A program made the position numbers and the translations under genes. A stretch of 64,000 nucleotides of DNA from Vairimorpha necatrix. Lineage: Eukaryota. The DNA lies in NCBI GenBank assembly GCA_036630325.1, contig CP142730.1, positions 124,001-188,000 on the forward strand, read 5' to 3'. Shown piece by piece: positions 58,326 to 64,000 of this stretch; positions within the stretch are counted from its first letter, which is position 1, and each line of letters starts with the position of its first letter. The notes beneath the pieces were generated by a model. That model did not search any database, had not been told where the DNA came from, and saw only the letters and a list, made by a program, of their open reading frames with translations.

Positions 58326-61300
58326 GGTATAATTTGTAATCTATTTTAGCATGAAAAAGAACTTCGTACTTGTAATTCGAAAAAAAGCTTTAGATCTAAC
58401 TTAAAGCATATATTCGTAAAAAGTTCTTGTTAACTATTGCAAGCATCAGTTTTTTTTTATTTTTATAAAAAATTACTATATTTCAAAGGGTTTTCCATAT
58501 AATTTCTGGATAAATACATCATTATAGAGATAAACAAAATAATATTCGCAAAAACAACTTTTCTATAAATCCATGATACTTGACTCTATAACAACTCTTG
58601 ATTCATTTTTACACAACCTAGTAGTCCGTAACGTCTGATATAGAAATCGATCTCGACCTAACTAATATCTTTATAAATATTAAATTAAGCAATAATTGAA
58701 CTAATTTCAGGCAACTAAGGATACTAATGATGATGAAAACATCCATATCTTTTATAGCATTATCCTTGGATATAGTAGAAACAAGTTTGTTTATTCGTGC
58801 AGCTTTCAGGCTTTTAGGAATTTTTAAATATATATAATAGTTAAATAAAATATTGTTTTCCTGAAATAAGAATAGTAGTTGAAAATAATAATTTTATTTA
58901 GCTAATTTACAAAGCCATCGTTACTAGAGAAGAGATGTTTAGATGCCTCTATAATATATATACAAAATATAGACAGATTCTCGATGTACACAAACCATAT
59001 TACTGATAATTATTTAGAATTCACAAAATAATAGGATATTAGATATTATTTCATATAAAAAACCCCGAGTATGCTTTTTCGTCATTTTTATAGTACTGTT
59101 TTGATTATATCAAATTCTAATACAAAAACTATATATAAAGAGTAAGTATTTTTCTTTTAGAGTAAAGTTTTATAAATAAATGTTACTTATAGACTGAAAT
59201 TCATCTCTAATTTAATATGAAAAGTTTGCAGCTAATAAAATTTTGTTTTTGTTGCAGATCTATATCTTATGAGAACATAAAAATTAAAATGAATGAATGA
59301 CAATATCATAATATACATTTGAATAACTTCTATGTAACTGCCAAATCATGAAAGCGGAAATTTCTTTATGAGCTAGATACATTAGACGGGAGGTAGGACA
59401 TCTAATATTTTAAAAAAAACAAATCTCAAATTATATTTAAATTATCAAAAATTATATAATAGAATTGTCAAAAACAAAGCGATATTTTCTTACATAGATA
59501 ATCCTTTTTTGCCACAAATGGAAAGATAGGAATTTGTTAGGAATGGCAAATGAAAAAAACAAAAATACTATCTAAGATGAAAGTTCCAAATGTTTTCAAT
59601 AAAAATTACTATTTTAGAACTAAAAATTGCAATTAATTTCCATAAAACCAAATTAAAAAAACATGCGGTTCGAATATTCGATAAAACCCTTTTATCTATT
59701 ATTAATTAATGTACTGATGGATCTTTTTTATGTTTGTTTGGTTTAAACTTGATTTACCTTCGTTTTATTCATTAGAGACAAAAATATAAGTTATTGGGCT
59801 CAGAATTAAAAATACATAGTACTTTTTTACACATATTAAATCAAAAAATAAGCGACCTTTATATATGAAATAATGATTGCAAAGATCTTTTATAAAACTA
59901 ATAAAATGAAATAGAATATATAAACGTGTGCATATTTGTTGAACTACGATAATATCGGGAGAAATACGGAAAAAATAACGTGAAGTACTTGATTTTGTTC
60001 TGGGCATTTTGCAAAGGGATTTGATATGTAACTTACATTCTTACATTGATTTGTAAGTGGCTATCAAATTTTAAAATTCCAGAGTTGATTAAAAAAATAT
60101 ACAATATAACACTTGAAAAAGCAAACAAGGCAATTAGATCACGTAAACGATTTAAGCTTTTGGTAAAAACATTTTCCCTGTGATAGTAATACAAAATCAA
60201 AAAGGAATACACCAATGAATCCATAAACAGATACTAAATTACAATTAATCGTATCACAATATCCAAGATGGAGAAGATGAATTATTTTTTGTTTTATACA
60301 AGTGAACATTTGAGAAATTAGAGATATTTGTTAAGATTTGGATAGGTCAAAATTAATATAAATGTTCTTATATAGTATAAACACCCCGCATTATATCAGA
60401 GATTTGAATATAAGACACAATCTGTAGCAACATGATAAAGCCCCTATCGCTGTTTCAACTCCCAAATTTATAATGATGGAATGTGTTTGTATTTCTTTGA
60501 ATCTAATGAAAATTATCTAAGAATATACTCTCTATGATTTTTTACATAAAAACAGAAAGATCAACATTTAAAGAATTAAGACACCTCTACTCTGTATGTA
60601 TTTATGTCGTTACTCGAACATATAATGGCCAATATGCCAAAGTGTTCTTTAGAATAATGTTTTTTACTGGATTAATTTAATTCTTCCGCTGAATTCAACC
60701 CAGACGTACCGCGATTTGAGCAGGAGAGATGTAAAATCTTGTCCTAATAAGCTCCCGTCCTATATTTGTATAAAACAGATAGATATTCAATAATATCGGT
60801 AGCAAAAACTAACAACCTATTCAGAGCCAAGAAAATTATTCATTGGAGTAATAATGTTATACTTAATATAGAATAAAATAACAAGTCAAAGTTATTAAAT
60901 AAAAAATCATAACTATTACTTTTGATCGATATTTATAAGGACGAAACAGCCAAGAGACTAAAATGCAATTAGAAAGAAACCCCCTGCCTTGCTAAATATA
61001 AAAAACCTTCATTACTATGCAATTCCACTAAAAGTGTTAGTAGATAAAAAGGGTTGTGTCATATCTTTTTTTTCGAATGTAATTATATGCAATCATCTTG
61101 TTTACAAGACTACAAATTGTTTTTATTTGAACGATTCTGTATGTTTTTACACTTTATATTTTAAATTCATATGGGTTATATGTCACATTTTTTTATATAT
61201 TATTTAAGTTTCATTTTCAGCAAAGATCGTTTAAATTTTTTTTAAATCGCTTCATTAATTTGTTTCAACTTTTATGATTGCATGTTCGCATATATTTTAG

Positions 61301-63226
61301 TGAATAAATCAATATACCTCCACGTATTTTTAACATATTGAATAAAATCAGTCCTACAGAAATATTCTAAATATCTATGTATTTACAAAAAATAAAAATT
61401 CAATAAATGTTTGAAAATTCTTATTCGATCATATAACTATACCTAAACATAAATAAAGCAGGCATAATTTACAATATTAACTATATGTAAAATCTTTTTC
61501 TTTGGGAACAATTCATTGAACTTTGAATTGAACCTAAAAAAAACTAGCACACTAATAGAAATCTTGTGCAAATAATCTTATATATAATTCAGTCATGTTT
61601 AAAAATTAATTACATTATGTAACTCACCTTTCAAAACAGACATAAAGGTTTTATAGTACAATATTTGGTTTTTAACTTGCGTTTCGACTCTATGCTCCAA
61701 TTATTTACTTTGTTATTTTTGTTTTCATGTAATTTTTTTACTGTTTTGTGATTTTAGAGTCAAAAACCAAAGACAATAATCAATTCTGTTAAAGTGTACA
61801 TTATCATAGTTTTTTAAAATTCTTTTACAAGAATATTCAAGTATCATTTTTTTTGCAATCCGTCCTAATTTAATCTAGCAAAAAAAACCTCGATTTTACA
61901 CATTAGAAGAACCTCACATTTCATTTTTTTTCTATTATCATTTTGGAAATAATGTAAAACAAATTGATGTATAACGATGTTGTAAATAGAGCTACGATAT
62001 TCTTAATTTTGTAATTCCTATGTGATAGAGCCCTTTAATTTCTTATTAGAGCTTGAAAAATACAATATAATTTTTTTCTCCAGTGTAAGGTTAGTAAAAC
62101 TAATTTCTTCAATATCATGCATTTATTTCATTTAATTATGTCTCCTAATACTTATAAAATATGATGATATAGCAATGGGCCAAATAGACTCTTACAATAT
62201 TTCTATTATTATCTATGAAGCACGTTGGTGAATTATACTTAACTAACGGACCCTTGTAAAATAATTACAGATGAGTGCAATGTGACGTAAAAATGAAGCA
62301 CTAAAGAAAAATTAGTTATATTGAAAACAATAGGCAGGAGAAATTGTGTGGATAATATCGATATTTAAATGATTTTAAAATGAGGCTTGGATGTTTTAAG
62401 GAAATGCAATATTTGAAGGTCTACATGAACAGTTACAAAAAATAATTATTGGTGCCATTACTAAAAGCTTCTTTGTAGTTAGCTGCTATTTCTTGGACGT
62501 ACAAGAAAATAAATGAAAGACATTATGTACGATATGAGTATTTGTTTGGAAAAAAAAACATATTTTTTGGGCTATAACTACATCTAACGTTCCACAAGAA
62601 TATCACATAAATATATGATGATCTAAAATATCACGGAAAATAGTTTTCTTGAGTCTTAAATTATGAAGATTTTGTTTTAAATAAAAGAAATTCAATTATT
62701 CTAATTTATAAATAAATTGGAAATTGATTTTAAACATTAATGGGGGAAAATATGATTATTCAAAGCCATAAACTGGATAAAATTTTGAAAATCTAATACA
62801 GAAAAAAAGCAACTTTCATAAATTCGCATAAATAAAACGAATATTATAAGAATAGTTCTAAAGTTTTTTAGGGAAAAACGACGCATATAGAGAAAATTTG
62901 ATACACATGAGAAGTTGGAAAAAGAAGTCATATATTCATATGAACTGGTTCAGATTTCATTTGTATTATACACTGCATCGTAGTGTAACCCCATGCTTTT
63001 ACTGTGTCATGAACATTGATATCCAGACTCTGACACATTCATAATTTCTGATATTTTTTTTCTTTTTATACTTTTTAAATTCATGGAACGTTCATTAAAC
63101 AACAAAGTCCTCGAAAAAAAACCAACCAACAAAATTTCTAATTGTACTTGTAAAACTACATTACATAAAAATAATAAAAATAAAAATGTTTACTGTAAAA
63201 AAGGCGAAATTGTAAAAAAAAATTAA

Positions 63227-64000
63227 CCTTTCTTTGCATGGTGATGGAAATTTTTATCATAATATTTAGTCAACAAAAAAAGGTACTTAAAACCTTTGTA
63301 CTGTAAATTTGTTGTTTCTGGCAACATTTTAGGCGACTATTGCATACAACAAAACGCATTTGTCGAAAAAAACAAACGTCACTGTCAATTACCAGGCCTA
63401 GAACTTGTCATTCCGCTGTTTGTTGTGACTGGAAAAAAGGAGCCTGATTTATGTTTGTTTTATGGAAATAAACGGATATATAAAATACAGTAAAAGTGGA
63501 AATAAGGTTTGTTTTCATGTTTTTGTTGTTTTATGTACAATTTATATCAAAACACTGTGAATAAATTTCTCAAAACTATGTGATGGAAATTTACATCTCT
63601 ATGCAGTAATTTCACTTGTAATGTATGGCAAAGATTTTTTGTAAATGTTTATTTTGTGTTGTTTTTTTGGGGAAACTTGAATGAAAGAGATATTGAAGAT
63701 TATCTTAATAAGTTACAAGGCGGTTGGCTCTCAGAAGATGACCTCGATGACCAAGATTCCGATGATGAAAACCGCGATACTGTTGAAGTTATAAGAATGT
63801 TGAAGGAGGAGAACGACGACGATGATGATGATGGGGATGATGTGGATGAAACTTGTGACATTGATCCTCCTCTTGTAGAAACAGAAGATCAAGAACCCTC
63901 TCACCCATCAACTTCATCCAATTTGCAGTCTTCATCCAGTTTTCTATTTGACAAAAGAAGCTTGATTTGGAAAAAAAGGAATCTTGTGTATGACGAAGAT
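63227..64000 (+). mobile_element. Probable piggyBac 5' end with acidic transposase N-terminus; runs off the window
   Basis: TTAA (63223-26) followed by CCTTT; repeated TGATGGAAATTT. Open frame 63671-64000 GNLNERDIEDYLNKLQGGWLSEDDLDDQDSDDE...LIWKKRNL has the acidic-tract-then-W pattern of PGBD N-termini. No catalytic domain in the window. Confidence 0.5.

Noticed and set aside
58331-63200. Possible decayed genes or transposases (also 29900-31700 and 42000-43200)
   Set aside because: Coding-like patches only; no motif I could identify reliably without a translated search.
63165-63205. Separate element at AAAATAAAAATGTTTACTGTAAAAAAG
   Set aside because: Resembles the LINE/SINE tail but is too short and AT-rich to call.

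Overview
AT-rich eukaryotic DNA from a microsporidian of the Vairimorpha/Nosema group. It has a ~1.25-kb SSU rRNA, a ~36-nt ITS, 5.8S fused to LSU, and CCC/GGG motifs before start codons; the SSU 5' end resembles V. necatrix as I recall it. The first ~6 kb is a compact gene core (ABCF/GCN20-like, DUF2439 protein, RQC2/NEMF, OLA1). The remaining ~58 kb is gene-poor and TE-dense. It holds one rDNA unit (minus strand), an EnP1-like spore protein gene and a putative GPI-anchored protein gene. Mobile elements include three tandem arrays of ~520-bp non-autonomous Helitron-like units (19 full units), a decayed APE-RT LINE with a SINE-like partner directly downstream of the LSU, four Ty3/Gypsy elements with TSDs (LTRs of 48, 70, ~263 and ~363 bp) plus one relic, two Merlin relics and a probable piggyBac 5' end. 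The most notable points are the invariant-block/mosaic architecture of the Helitron arrays, the ultra-short LTRs built on the host CCC-ATG promoter grammar, the LINE/SINE stack behind the rDNA, and a 17-bp upstream motif shared by the two surface-protein genes. All calls come from reading the sequence; no database searches were run.
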